From NCBI GenBank assembly GCA_965204745.1, contig OZ242010.1, positions 608,001 to 672,000 of the forward strand: 64,000 nt of DNA, written 5' to 3'. Numbering within the stretch: the stretch's first letter is position 1; every line of letters begins with the position of its first letter. The translations under genes were made by a program, and so were the position numbers. Of the stretch, positions 18,146 to 27,832 are shown piece after piece. This stretch comes from Candidatus Latescibacterota bacterium (GTDB lineage: Bacteria > Latescibacterota > UBA2968). The notes beneath the pieces were generated by a model. It had not been told where the DNA came from and did no database searches. It saw only the letters and a list, made by a program, of their open reading frames with translations.

Positions 18146-18376
18146 GGGACCTATCCCCCCGGCCCCCGTTATTCGCTTCGCTCATTGTAGGCTACGCCTG
18201 TGCCTACGAGGAAAGGGGGAGAGTGTGGCTTGCTTGATAATGAATGCAAGGGCTGTGCGTGATGGCTTTGAGCGTGCGGAGCAGGCCATGAAAATCCCCA
18301 AAACCTTTCATCTAATCCCTCGCAAAAGCGATCCGCGTTCCCCCTTCCTCACAGGAAGGGGGTTAGGGGGTAGGTC
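18146..18376. repeat. Repeat family A copy (between TBDR and sorting-domain gene)
   Basis: GGGACCTATCCCCCCGGCCCC ... GGGGGTTAGGGGGTAGGTC arms. Confidence 0.85.
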
Positions 18377-18384
18377 ACAGCCTC

Positions 18385-21300
18385 TCAAAAGCTAAACCGC
18401 GCGCCGAAGCTAATGTCACGGCGGTCGCTGAAGAGGAGCGAGGGCCGGCGCATGTCGGGAAAGTTTTCGACATCCGTGCCCGGGCGGCTGCCCTCTTGCA
18501 ACTTGCCGTTGTTATCCACGGTCCAACCGATGGATTCCATGTAAGCGCGGAACCGGTTGCCGGTATTTGTGCCCGCATATTCAAAGGCCCTGCCACCGCC
18601 GTAACTACCCGCGCCGGTTCTGGGCGTGTCTTCGGGGTTGATCCCAAACACGTCGCTGCGATTGCCGCCGCCCAGGGTGTGCGTGTTTTTGAAATTGAGC
18701 GGATTGGAAATCTCTACGAACAGCATGGGCGCGCCCGGCAAATTGAACATCTTGGCAATGCGGAGGTGGCCTGCGTATTCATCCACCCATTGCGCGTTGA
18801 GCACATTGATCAACGACGCATCGGCATTGCCCGGGTTGTAGTTGAACCACTCGCCGGCCTCGCGCTCGAAGTAGAAGCCGAGGTTCCAGCCGCCCTTGAG
18901 CATGTTTTGCGCCCCGCCGTAATCCAAAGGCGTGCGGAAATTCGCGCCCAACTTGATCTGCGGCTTGGCCCGGAACGGGGGCGCGGCATTGTTGGGATTG
19001 TCTTCGATCACGGTTCTCGACGGCGTGGACACGGTCTTCACATCGCGGATGTGCCGCCAAGACGTGTTGCGAACCCGAGCTTGGCGAATGTCGTAGGAGA
19101 CGAACCCGGTAAAGAATTTGCCCCGGGTCTTCTGCAATTTCAGTTCCAAGCCGCGCGCGTCTGTCGCAAAGGCGTTTTGCGTGTTGCGCGTGTTGCGCCC
19201 GTTGAATTGCATCCAGTTGCGCGCATCTGTCCACGATTCGTTTTCCCCGTCTTTGAAATACACCGTGCCCGTGAACAAGTACTTCCCGAGGAAGCTGCGC
19301 TCGTACCCCATTTCGTACTGAATGGTGCGCTCCATCTTCATCCACGGATTGCCCAAAAACTCGAGGGACTGCCCCAAACCGCTCTGCGTGCGATACATGT
19401 CGCGCGTGTTCACGATCTGGTTAAAATGCCCGTAGTTGATGAACATTTTGCTCAAATCCGTAATGGGATAGGACGCGCCAAACCGGGGGCTAAAAGCATA
19501 GTCGGTCGGCGGGCGAACCTTGCGGGCCGCGCGATAAACCGCTTCCGCGTCTCGGCCAAACCACGGCGCGTGGGTTTCGTTGGGCAGGTCAAAATACAGA
19601 TCGGGCCGGTGCCAGTCCAAGCGCATGCCCGCATTGACCACGATATCGCGGTACTCCATCCGGTCTTGAAAAAAGACCCCGCCAAAAATCGGGGTTTTCA
19701 CAAAATAATTGTTGTGATCGCCGGTCGCGCCGCCAGAGGGCACGTCCGATTCGTTGAGCACGCCATCGCCGTTGATGTCGCCATTGCTCGGCAAATCCGC
19801 ATCATCGCGCCCGGTCCACGGAAATTCTACGGTGCCGGACGAACTGATGCGCGGGCCTTCGTACTCGTCCCGGTAAATGGGATCGCCGTATTCCGGCACT
19901 GCGGCAGGCACGTAGCCCCGATTTTCGTGCAGGTTGAAGTGATGCACCTGAACGCCGGTTTTGATCTGGTGGTGCGGCGTGATCTGGCTGGTGAAATCAG
20001 CCGTCAGATCGATTTCGTCGATAGTGGACCAATCGCCCGCACGGCTGTTGCCGCCGCCGCCTTGCAGCCGGAACACGTTGAGAATGTCATTGCCGCCCGG
20101 GTTGTAATTCCACCCAAAAGGCGCCTCGTTGAGAACCACGGCGCCGCGCGCACGGGCCGCATCCGCGCTGTCGTCAGTGACCTGTTCCCGCGACCCGTCT
20201 GTGTGAATCGCGATAGCCGCCGCGTTGGACTGCTTTTGCGGATGCCATTGCGTCGTCCAGTCCGCGCCGCCAAACCGCGCCGTCAGGTTGTAAAACGCCT
20301 TGGGCGAGAGGGTGTGCGTCCAGGAGACCAGGGCGTGGGCGCGCGCGATCTGCAATTTCTGATAATCCGCCGAGGGCATGAACATGCGCGAGTGGGAATA
20401 ATTTTCAAACACGGATTGCTGCGTGCGCTGTGGCACGCCCACGTTGTTGCCCTGATGGCTACCGTGTTGGAAGCCGCGGATGTACTGGACGCTCAATTTG
20501 GTCGTCGGCGTGGGGGTAAATGTCAGTTTGAGTTGCGTGGTGTTGTCCCGATAGGACACCGTGCCCACGTCAAAGGGATAGGCCATGCGCTCTTTGCGGC
20601 TGGACGCGGTGAACCCAATTTTGTCCTTCCAAATCGGGCCGCCCACTGTGAGGTCCCACAAATAATCGAAATCCCGGTCTTCCGGGTTTGCGTTGAACGG
20701 GCCGTCCGCGTACGGGTCGTCTCCGTCATAAGACCGGTGTTGCCAATCCCAGATACCCTTGGCCTGCGCGGCCGTGGTGATGGGGTCGCGCCCATTCACG
20801 CCGGACAGCCATTGCTTGCCGTCGGCCGTGCGATTGGCGAGTTCCTGATTCCAGCCGATGAAGTCCGGCGCGCCGTCGCTATTGCGGTCTTCTGTGGGCG
20901 TCATGGACTGAAACCGCCCGACATCCCACCAGTTTTCTTCGGCGTAGAGATTGGGGCCAAAATGCTTTTTGCCCGCGGGGTTGTAAGTGCCTTCTGCGGA
21001 GCCGAAATACCGCGACGGTTCTTTGGTGACGAAGTTGACCACGCCTGCGCGGATGTTGCCGTATTCGGCATTAAACCCGCCGGTGAGCACCTGAACCTGC
21101 TTGATCGCGGTTTTGGAAAACGACGTGTACGCGCGCTGGTGCCGGTGGTCGGACGCGGTTACGCCGTCCATGTTGAAGCCGATTGTGGTCGCATCGTCGC
21201 CGCGAATCGTAATGCCCCAGGCGTCTGTGTCTAAGCCCACCTGCGTGGCGACCTGATCGCGGATGCGCGGGCCAACCGGGATCGATTCGAGTTGCTCTTG

Positions 21301-21729
21301 CGTGATGGCCTGCTGGGCAAACGACACGTCCATCTGAACCGGGTCGAGGTCCGCGGTGACCACTATCGCCTCCAATTCGACCGTCGATTCTTTGAGCTGA
21401 AAGTCAACTGTCGCGGTGCGGTCCAAGAGCACTTCCACTTCGGTTTTGGAAACGCCCTGATACCCCACGAGTGAGGCCCGCACTTCGTACGTGCCGGGCG
21501 ACACGCGCAAAATGAAGTATTCGCCGTTGACATCGGCCACTGCGCCCATCGCGGTGCCCGCGACAACCACATTCGCCCCCGGCAACGGTTCGCCCGAATC
21601 CGCGTCTGTCACGCGCCCGGCAATTTTGCCCGTGGTCTGCGCGTGCAACGCAACAGGTGCGGCGAGCAACGCCGCACACACCATGCCCGCCAAAAACCCG
21701 AGCGGGCGAAAACCAGAAACATTCTTCAT
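18385..21729 (-). CDS. TonB-dependent receptor with N-terminal carboxypeptidase-regulatory-like domain
   Basis: AQTTGKIAGRVTDADSGEPLPGANV, plug motif GGFNAEYGN..AGVVNFVTK, FSPRFG, terminal FSF. Confidence 0.92.
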   Translation of the reverse strand: MKNVSGFRPLGFLAGMVCAALLAAPVALHAQTTGKIAGRVTDADSGEPLPGANVVVAGTAMGAVADVNGEYFILRVSPGTYEVRASLVGYQGVSKTEVEVLLDRTATVDFQLKESTVELEAIVVTADLDPVQMDVSFAQQAITQEQLESIPVGPRIRDQVATQVGLDTDAWGITIRGDDATTIGFNMDGVTASDHRHQRAYTSFSKTAIKQVQVLTGGFNAEYGNIRAGVVNFVTKEPSRYFGSAEGTYNPAGKKHFGPNLYAEENWWDVGRFQSMTPTEDRNSDGAPDFIGWNQELANRTADGKQWLSGVNGRDPITTAAQAKGIWDWQHRSYDGDDPYADGPFNANPEDRDFDYLWDLTVGGPIWKDKIGFTASSRKERMAYPFDVGTVSYRDNTTQLKLTFTPTPTTKLSVQYIRGFQHGSHQGNNVGVPQRTQQSVFENYSHSRMFMPSADYQKLQIARAHALVSWTHTLSPKAFYNLTARFGGADWTTQWHPQKQSNAAAIAIHTDGSREQVTDDSADAARARGAVVLNEAPFGWNYNPGGNDILNVFRLQGGGGNSRAGDWSTIDEIDLTADFTSQITPHHQIKTGVQVHHFNLHENRGYVPAAVPEYGDPIYRDEYEGPRISSSGTVEFPWTGRDDADLPSNGDINGDGVLNESDVPSGGATGDHNNYFVKTPIFGGVFFQDRMEYRDIVVNAGMRLDWHRPDLYFDLPNETHAPWFGRDAEAVYRAARKVRPPTDYAFSPRFGASYPITDLSKMFINYGHFNQIVNTRDMYRTQSGLGQSLEFLGNPWMKMERTIQYEMGYERSFLGKYLFTGTVYFKDGENESWTDARNWMQFNGRNTRNTQNAFATDARGLELKLQKTRGKFFTGFVSYDIRQARVRNTSWRHIRDVKTVSTPSRTVIEDNPNNAAPPFRAKPQIKLGANFRTPLDYGGAQNMLKGGWNLGFYFEREAGEWFNYNPGNADASLINVLNAQWVDEYAGHLRIAKMFNLPGAPMLFVEISNPLNFKNTHTLGGGNRSDVFGINPEDTPRTGAGSYGGGRAFEYAGTNTGNRFRAYMESIGWTVDNNGKLQEGSRPGTDVENFPDMRRPSLLFSDRRDISFGARFSF

Positions 21730-21774
21730 GCACTACCTCCTTTGGATGGGGTTGACGTGTGGAATCGAGACCAA

Positions 21775-21802
21775 GTTATAGCATAAACATGGGCGTTGTC
21801 AA
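21775..21802 (-). promoter_or_regulatory. Putative sigma70 promoter for TBDR operon
   Basis: TTGACA-16 nt-TATAAC with extended -10 TG. Confidence 0.55.
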
Positions 21803-21850
21803 GCGATATATTTTTTTATTTGTCAATTTGAGACCGCGACCGGGAATCGT

Positions 21851-24800
21851 CTATTCGCCAATGAAAAACATCGCGGTTTTCTCCGCGCGTTGCCCCGTAT
21901 TGAGATCGGTCACTGTCACCGCGATTTCGCAGGCGCCCGGTTGCGAATCCCCCGGGTCGATTTCTAGATAATTGTACTCGTCTGCCGCATTGCCCGCGTG
22001 GTGGTACGAGATCGTCACGACGGCTTTTTCCTCGATGCCGAGCAAGCGGCCGATAGCGCGGAGGACGCGCACCCCGCTGAGTTTGCCCTGTTTGGGCGTG
22101 ATGCGGTAATCCACGCGGTATTGGGTCCGTCCCAACGCATCGCGTTGCAGGTCGTACACCTCGTAGTAAATCACGATGGGTTGCCCCGCCTTGTACGCGC
22201 GAGACGGCAGGGCGACGACCTCCACCTGTGCCAATGAATCCACTTGCACGCGCCCGGCGAGTTCGATATCGCTGATCTTCAACCCGGGCACTGCGTAGTC
22301 TTCCACGATGAGCTCCTGAGTATAGCCGCCGGACCGCGCGGACGCGGGATGGTCGATTTGAAGCCCCAAGTAGTACTTGCCCGGGCGCACCGCGAGCGCG
22401 AGTTCGTCTATCGCCAATGTGCCGGCTTCAATGCCGGTCGTATCCACCTGCACGGGCATGGGGGCCACCTTGCGATAAACCGGTGCCCAAGCGCTGTCGA
22501 ACAGCGCGATGCCCCGTTCAAACGCGACCTCGGTTTTTCCATCCACCGCGTCTAAAACCGGCACCCCGTAATACACCTCCACGCGAGACCGCTCCTCTGT
22601 GCCCCTGAAATCCGCATAAGCGTAGTGAAAATCCAACGCATTGACCGGCGCGTACCGATCCGGTTGCGCGGCGATGGCGCGGGCGATGACCGCTTCGGGA
22701 CGCACATCTTCCCAAAGCCGCTGGTTGAACCGGGCCAGCTTCCTGCCCTGCGAAACATCGGGAAAGTCGAAATCCCCCCTCGGCGTCAGCGCGGTGAAAA
22801 CGACCTCGATGCCCCCGGCCACCTCCGGATAAATCCAATACGCCCACGGCTCGCTGCCATTGACCGGATAGAGCGGAATGCCCCGCAAGGGACGCTCGCT
22901 CATGCCCGGACGATCCCGGCCAAAGAGTTCCTTCCCGCGCACGTACGCGTTGACATCATCGCTTCCGGCCGCGAAAAACACGCGGTTGGGATTCATCTCA
23001 AAGTCGATAGACTCAAAATCGCTGATCCCGACCACCTCGGCCAATTCGGATTCGATCTCCACATCGCGCGTAGAGGTTCGCAACCGCCCGATGCGCGCGA
23101 GGATCTCCTGCTTGGCCTCTGCGGACAATGACGCGGCCAACCGCTCTTTCACGCGCACGACCTCTCGATCCGTTTCAAAGCGAATGTCCGAACTCGTGCT
23201 GATGTGCGCGGGTTCGCCGTAGCGAATGTACACATCCCCGCGCCTGTCCCAGGTCTGCCCATCTTTTGAATGGTGATCCAATGCGTACACCACGCGCCGA
23301 TAGTGCTCGACCAAGCGTTCATTGCCCGGCGTTGCCGGCGTGGGGTCGCGTTTTTGCCAGAAGGCGCGGACAAATTGCGGCCGTGCTTCGGGCGACAACC
23401 GCTGGTACTCGGCCCGTTCCTCCGGCCCTGCCACGAGGGAAATATCCTCGATGCGCGCCCGCGCCTCGTCGCTCAGGGTGCGGAGTTCTTCGGCGATCAC
23501 GGCTTGCGCTTTGCCGGTTTCCCCGATGTTGAGATAAGCCGACAGCAAGGGATGCACGCAGATCTTGCGAAACGACGGACGCGCCTCCATCAGTTCCCGC
23601 CAAACCGCCGCCGCCGAATCGATCCGCCCGCGTTTGAACAGCACGCGCCCAAAGTCGAACTTCGCCCGCGCAAACAGGGGATCGACCACGATTTGCCTGC
23701 AGTACGATGCCGCGCTTTCCTCGAGTTGGGCGCCGCGCTCTCGCACGCGCCCGATAGCGTAATGGAAATACGGATGATCCGGGCGTTGTGCAACACGCGC
23801 CTGCAAGTGTTCGATGCCCTTGCCAGCTAAAAACCGCGCCAGCGCGACATTGCCCGGTTGCGCGGCGCGTTGAAAATGTTGCACCGCGCCCTCCCAATCG
23901 CGCCGCGCCAGTTTCGCAATGCCCAGCACCCGTTGCACGTCAGGCGAGCCCGGGGCGATCTCAAATGCCTTTCGGGCATACGTCTCGCCGCGGGCCACTG
24001 CGCCGGTTTCGAGCGCGAGCAAGGCTTTGGCGGTCAGCGCGTGCGGGTCGCGGGGGTCGTCGTCCAAGACAAACTCCACCAGGCCCTGCGCCTCTCGCAC
24101 CGCGAGCGTATCGGCCATGGGTAGCCGCTCTCCAAAGGTCTTATCCACGCGCTTTTTGAGGGTTTTCCCAAGGCCGATAGCCCGCAACGAGGACAGCCCG
24201 ATGTGCGGATCGCCCATGCCCATTGCCGGCGCGATGTAGCATTGGGCGAAAACCGGTTGGTGTTCGAGAAAGTATCCGTACGCAAAAACAGCGCGTTCCC
24301 CTGCGCCGAGTGCCGCGGATTGCGCGGCGATCTCGGGTGGCATTTTCGCCCGTATCGGCGTGGGCGATGCGGGAGAACCCGAAATGCGAAATGCGCGTTG
24401 TGTGTGCGCGATTTGTTCGCCCGCTCGCGCCTCCACGCGCAGCGCGTATTCCCCAGGCGGCAAAGCGCGCAACGAAATGCCCTCCGCGAATTTGGCCTCC
24501 TCTCGGTACGCGGGATATTCGCGCTCGTGGTCAAATACGCGATGCCCGAATCGGTCGAGGACCTGAAACCGCACGCGATGGGCCACGCGCCCGATTTCGT
24601 AGAGTTCTACATAATAGCGCAGGACAGCCGAAAATTCGCGATCAGGCGCGGGCAAGAGTACATGCCCCGCCTTGCGAAACGACTCCAATTGCTCGCCGGG
24701 CGGGTCGATTTCGCGCACGAAAAACAGATCGCTCAACGCGAGTTGCCCGGCTTTGTATTCGCGCACCACAATGGGAAATACCGCTCGCCCCTGTCGGTTA

Positions 24801-25189
24801 TTGCCCAGTGCATCGACCTCGAGCACGGCGCGATACGCCCCCGGGGGAACGCGAAACCGCGCAATGTCGCAAATTTCGCGCTGTTCATCGACAGACACGA
24901 CGCGCTCGCCCGCGATCTCTTTCACCGCATTGCCCTGCGCCCCGAACAATTCCAAACGCGGGGCATAGCGCGCAACGACGAGGCTATCGCCCTGCACTTC
25001 CAGCGTGAGATGCGATGCCGGGAAACAGACGACGACCTCCTGATACGGCCCATCGTCTCCGCGATACCCGCAAACATCGACCGCGAGCGCGAGATCGCCT
25101 TCAACCCGCACCTCTTCGGCAGACGCGGGAGAAGTCAAAAGTGCGCTGAGCCACAAAAGGCACAAAAGGCGAACAAAAACAGATCGCAC
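21851..25189 (-). CDS. GWxTD-domain-type exported protein with TPR repeats
   Basis: FWQKRDPTPATPGNE..EHYRRV.YA...DRRGDVYIRYGEP signature, central TPRs, signal peptide. Confidence 0.8.
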   Translation of the reverse strand: MRSVFVRLLCLLWLSALLTSPASAEEVRVEGDLALAVDVCGYRGDDGPYQEVVVCFPASHLTLEVQGDSLVVARYAPRLELFGAQGNAVKEIAGERVVSVDEQREICDIARFRVPPGAYRAVLEVDALGNNRQGRAVFPIVVREYKAGQLALSDLFFVREIDPPGEQLESFRKAGHVLLPAPDREFSAVLRYYVELYEIGRVAHRVRFQVLDRFGHRVFDHEREYPAYREEAKFAEGISLRALPPGEYALRVEARAGEQIAHTQRAFRISGSPASPTPIRAKMPPEIAAQSAALGAGERAVFAYGYFLEHQPVFAQCYIAPAMGMGDPHIGLSSLRAIGLGKTLKKRVDKTFGERLPMADTLAVREAQGLVEFVLDDDPRDPHALTAKALLALETGAVARGETYARKAFEIAPGSPDVQRVLGIAKLARRDWEGAVQHFQRAAQPGNVALARFLAGKGIEHLQARVAQRPDHPYFHYAIGRVRERGAQLEESAASYCRQIVVDPLFARAKFDFGRVLFKRGRIDSAAAVWRELMEARPSFRKICVHPLLSAYLNIGETGKAQAVIAEELRTLSDEARARIEDISLVAGPEERAEYQRLSPEARPQFVRAFWQKRDPTPATPGNERLVEHYRRVVYALDHHSKDGQTWDRRGDVYIRYGEPAHISTSSDIRFETDREVVRVKERLAASLSAEAKQEILARIGRLRTSTRDVEIESELAEVVGISDFESIDFEMNPNRVFFAAGSDDVNAYVRGKELFGRDRPGMSERPLRGIPLYPVNGSEPWAYWIYPEVAGGIEVVFTALTPRGDFDFPDVSQGRKLARFNQRLWEDVRPEAVIARAIAAQPDRYAPVNALDFHYAYADFRGTEERSRVEVYYGVPVLDAVDGKTEVAFERGIALFDSAWAPVYRKVAPMPVQVDTTGIEAGTLAIDELALAVRPGKYYLGLQIDHPASARSGGYTQELIVEDYAVPGLKISDIELAGRVQVDSLAQVEVVALPSRAYKAGQPIVIYYEVYDLQRDALGRTQYRVDYRITPKQGKLSGVRVLRAIGRLLGIEEKAVVTISYHHAGNAADEYNYLEIDPGDSQPGACEIAVTVTDLNTGQRAEKTAMFFIGE

Positions 25190-25191
25190 GG

Positions 25192-26457
25192 CTATAACTC
25201 CTTTGCGATTTCAGACAACCGAGCGCGGTGGGCAACCACTTTGGCGAATGCGTGGGCGGTTTGTTCCACCCATTCGGCGCACGGCGCGACTGGCGTGGCG
25301 AGCCAGAAACTGGTCGCTTGCAATGCCTCGCTCACCGGCAGATCGCATTTGGGCATCCGCGCATCCAGGGGCAAATCGCCCCATGGCCCGCCCAAGCCCT
25401 GGAATGAAAATTCATTAAAAAGCGGCTCCAAGTGCATCGCGCTGTATCCCCAAGCGGTGGTCGCGCTGATATAAACCCCCTCGGCGACCAGGGCTTTGAC
25501 GATGACCGAGAGCGGCGCGCCAAACACCTCTGGGTCAACCGTGCCCGCGTAGAGCAACATGCCGCCTCGCGTGGCCTTGGGGTACGTCTGTTGTGGCATC
25601 ACGCCTGGGATGGGCTCGAGCAGGGCGTCCATTCGGTTGAACCACGCCAGTCGCTTTTCGTTGAGCATGGGCAGGCGTTCCAACTGCGCGCGTGCCATCG
25701 CAATGCCCAATGGATTTGCGCGGTACTTGACGCCCAAGCCCATGTTGCGAAGTGCTCTGAACCGGTTGGTGGTCCACAAGTCGTCGCACCTGCCGCATTG
25801 TCCCAGCGCGAGCATGCGGTCGTACAGGTCGTCGTCATTTGTGGTTGCAACGCCCGCTTCCAAGCCGGACACGGGTTTTTTCTCCTGCATGCTAAAGCAA
25901 CCGATATGCCCGATGTTGCCGACCATTTTGTTCTCCCACATGGCCCCGTGCGCGTGAGACGCATCTTCGATGAGGACGATGTCCGTGCCCGCGACGATCT
26001 CCAAGAACGCATCCATATCTGCCGGGTTGCCGTACAGATGCGTCACCACGATGGCGCGCGTGCGAGGCGTGATCCGCTTTTTCACATCTTCTGGGGCCGC
26101 GCAAAAGGTTTGCGGATCGACCTCGCAGAACACGGGCGTGGCATTGCAGTGCAAGATGGGGGTGATGGTCGCGTACCAAGTCGCGGTGGGCACGATCACC
26201 TCTGTTCCGGCGCATGCGCCGGCCGCGAACATCGCCGAGTGCAGGGCCGCCGTGCCATTGCACATGCAAAGCGCGTGTTTGCTACCCACAAATTCCCGAT
26301 ACGCTTTGTCGAACAGGTCGAGTTGGGCATACGCGCTGCCCGGCTCGTCTAACACTTGGTTGACGTATTGCCTCTCCAAGCCGCTCACGACGCGCCACGA
26401 ATCATCTATCGAAGCGGTGACGGCCTTGGGGCCTCCATCAATTGCCAGATCAGACAT
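25192..26457 (-). CDS. DegT/DnrJ/EryC1/StrS PLP aminotransferase
   Basis: CNGTAALH, THLYGNPADMD, IEDASHAHGA, FSMQEKK. Confidence 0.9.
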   Translation of the reverse strand: MSDLAIDGGPKAVTASIDDSWRVVSGLERQYVNQVLDEPGSAYAQLDLFDKAYREFVGSKHALCMCNGTAALHSAMFAAGACAGTEVIVPTATWYATITPILHCNATPVFCEVDPQTFCAAPEDVKKRITPRTRAIVVTHLYGNPADMDAFLEIVAGTDIVLIEDASHAHGAMWENKMVGNIGHIGCFSMQEKKPVSGLEAGVATTNDDDLYDRMLALGQCGRCDDLWTTNRFRALRNMGLGVKYRANPLGIAMARAQLERLPMLNEKRLAWFNRMDALLEPIPGVMPQQTYPKATRGGMLLYAGTVDPEVFGAPLSVIVKALVAEGVYISATTAWGYSAMHLEPLFNEFSFQGLGGPWGDLPLDARMPKCDLPVSEALQATSFWLATPVAPCAEWVEQTAHAFAKVVAHRARLSEIAKEL

Positions 26458-26590
26458 TTATCGCTCCTGTCAAGGGAACCAGTAGAACGGCGAACGTGCG
26501 AAACATAAAAACAATTTTGTCTTTTGGATAGTCGTATATATTTTCTCGTATAAGTTTTCGCGAATCAATGTTAAACAGAGGGGGGCCATC

Positions 26591-26875
26591 ATGGAAAAAA
26601 CAACGTCTATGGTACACCGCGTTCCACTGACCAAAGCCCGCGTCAATTTGGGACAAATCGCACGCCGGGCGCACCTCAACAAGGAGTGTTTCATTTTGGA
26701 AAAAAACGGCATTCCCATTGCCGGCATTGTCGATATAGATGATCTGGAAGACTGGTTGGAACTTCAAGACCCCGAGATGCAGGAGCAGATCGCAGAAGGG
26801 GATCGAGAATATCGCCAAGGCAAGACCAAACCTTTGGATGATTTTTTGGCTGAACTGCACGCCGAAAAAAAATAA
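26591..26875 (+). CDS. Phd/YefM-family antitoxin
   Basis: PLTKARVNLGQI...ILEKNGIPIAGIV pattern, upstream of a RelE-like gene. Confidence 0.8.
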   Translation: MEKTTSMVHRVPLTKARVNLGQIARRAHLNKECFILEKNGIPIAGIVDIDDLEDWLELQDPEMQEQIAEGDREYRQGKTKPLDDFLAELHAEKK

Positions 26876-26901
26876 ATGCAAAATCACAGGTTCTATCTGC
26901 A

Positions 26902-27186
26902 ATGCCGCAATCATTTCTCATTCGTGCCTCATCTCGCTTTCAGCGCGATGTCCGAATACGCCTCAAACAACGCCCTGAACTGCTGACAGCACTTGAGGAG
27001 TTGCGTATTATTCTCGGTGCGGATCCCTACAATCGCACGCGGCAATACCACATCAAAAAACTCAAGGATATAAAGCAGGGAGGCGGCCAGTGGCGCATTC
27101 GGCATGGCGACTATCGCCTTCGTTACGATATCTTCGGTGAGGAAGTTGTGCTACATTCTTTTCGCCATCGCCGAGAAGCGTATTGA
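26902..27186 (+). CDS. RelE/ParE-family toxin
   Basis: IKKLK..WRIRHGDYRLRY..HRREAY. Confidence 0.85.
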   Translation: MPQSFLIRASSRFQRDVRIRLKQRPELLTALEELRIILGADPYNRTRQYHIKKLKDIKQGGGQWRIRHGDYRLRYDIFGEEVVLHSFRHRREAY

Positions 27187-27217
27187 CCGAGATCACAGTA
27201 TACGCGATTATCAGAAA

Positions 27218-27257
27218 AAAAACGGGGCTGGAAAATGATCCAGTCCCGTTCATTTTT
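27218..27257. terminator. Bidirectional intrinsic terminator
   Basis: AAAACGGGGCTGGA..TCCAGTCCCGTT hairpin between convergent genes. Confidence 0.6.
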
Positions 27258-27283
27258 GCCTCTGCGATCTGCGGAACGCGAGA

Positions 27284-27715
27284 TCACTCGGTCATTTCTT
27301 CAGTTGTGGCGATATGCCCCTCGATTTTGCCGACCATTTCGTCGGCAGAATTTTTGCGGGTCAGGGTTTCCAGCAGGGCATTGTCGCCGGGGTCGATGAG
27401 CAAAACCAGTCCCGTCTTGTTGTTGGCCTTGAGGTGGTCTTCGATGCCGAGGGCAGCGGTCAGCAACCGGGCTTGGGCCGTGCGGGCCTCATCGGTAACG
27501 TCCAATTCCAAAAAGAGAACAGGCTCGTCGGCCAGGGACTCGCGGACTTCCTCGAGCACGGGTGCCAGGGCCTTGCAGGATCCGCACCAGTCCGCATGCA
27601 CCTTGACCACGTACAGGGCAGGACTGCCTTCGCCATCCACTTGGACCGTGCCGGCAAGTGCCGGGGACGCCATCAACAAAAGGGCGAGAGAGAACAACAC
27701 ACATCGCGTCTGCAT
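27284..27715 (-). CDS. Exported thioredoxin-like protein
   Basis: Signal peptide and ADWCGSCK (CxxC). Confidence 0.82.
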   Translation of the reverse strand: MQTRCVLFSLALLLMASPALAGTVQVDGEGSPALYVVKVHADWCGSCKALAPVLEEVRESLADEPVLFLELDVTDEARTAQARLLTAALGIEDHLKANNKTGLVLLIDPGDNALLETLTRKNSADEMVGKIEGHIATTEEMTE

Positions 27716-27746
27716 AAATTACTCCTCGCTAAAAAATGAACACCAT

Positions 27747-27797
27747 CGCGCTTTGCGGCAACCGTGTATTTAACGCATCAGCGGGCCGGTTGGTTCC
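27747..27797 (-). promoter_or_regulatory. Putative ECF-sigma promoter + conserved leader motif
   Basis: GGAACCAA..(17 nt spacer)..CGTTAAA followed by GCCGCAAAGCGCG. Same layout at 29775..29824. Confidence 0.55.
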
Positions 27798-27832
27798 CGC
27801 TGAACCCCAGCTCCCGATCCGCGACTACAATC

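Noticed and set aside
18496-21234. 912-aa + strand ORF, and other long antisense ORFs (6514..8088, 60437..62032, 15669..16940)
   Set aside because: Shadow ORFs opposite well-supported genes in GC-rich DNA, with no motifs.
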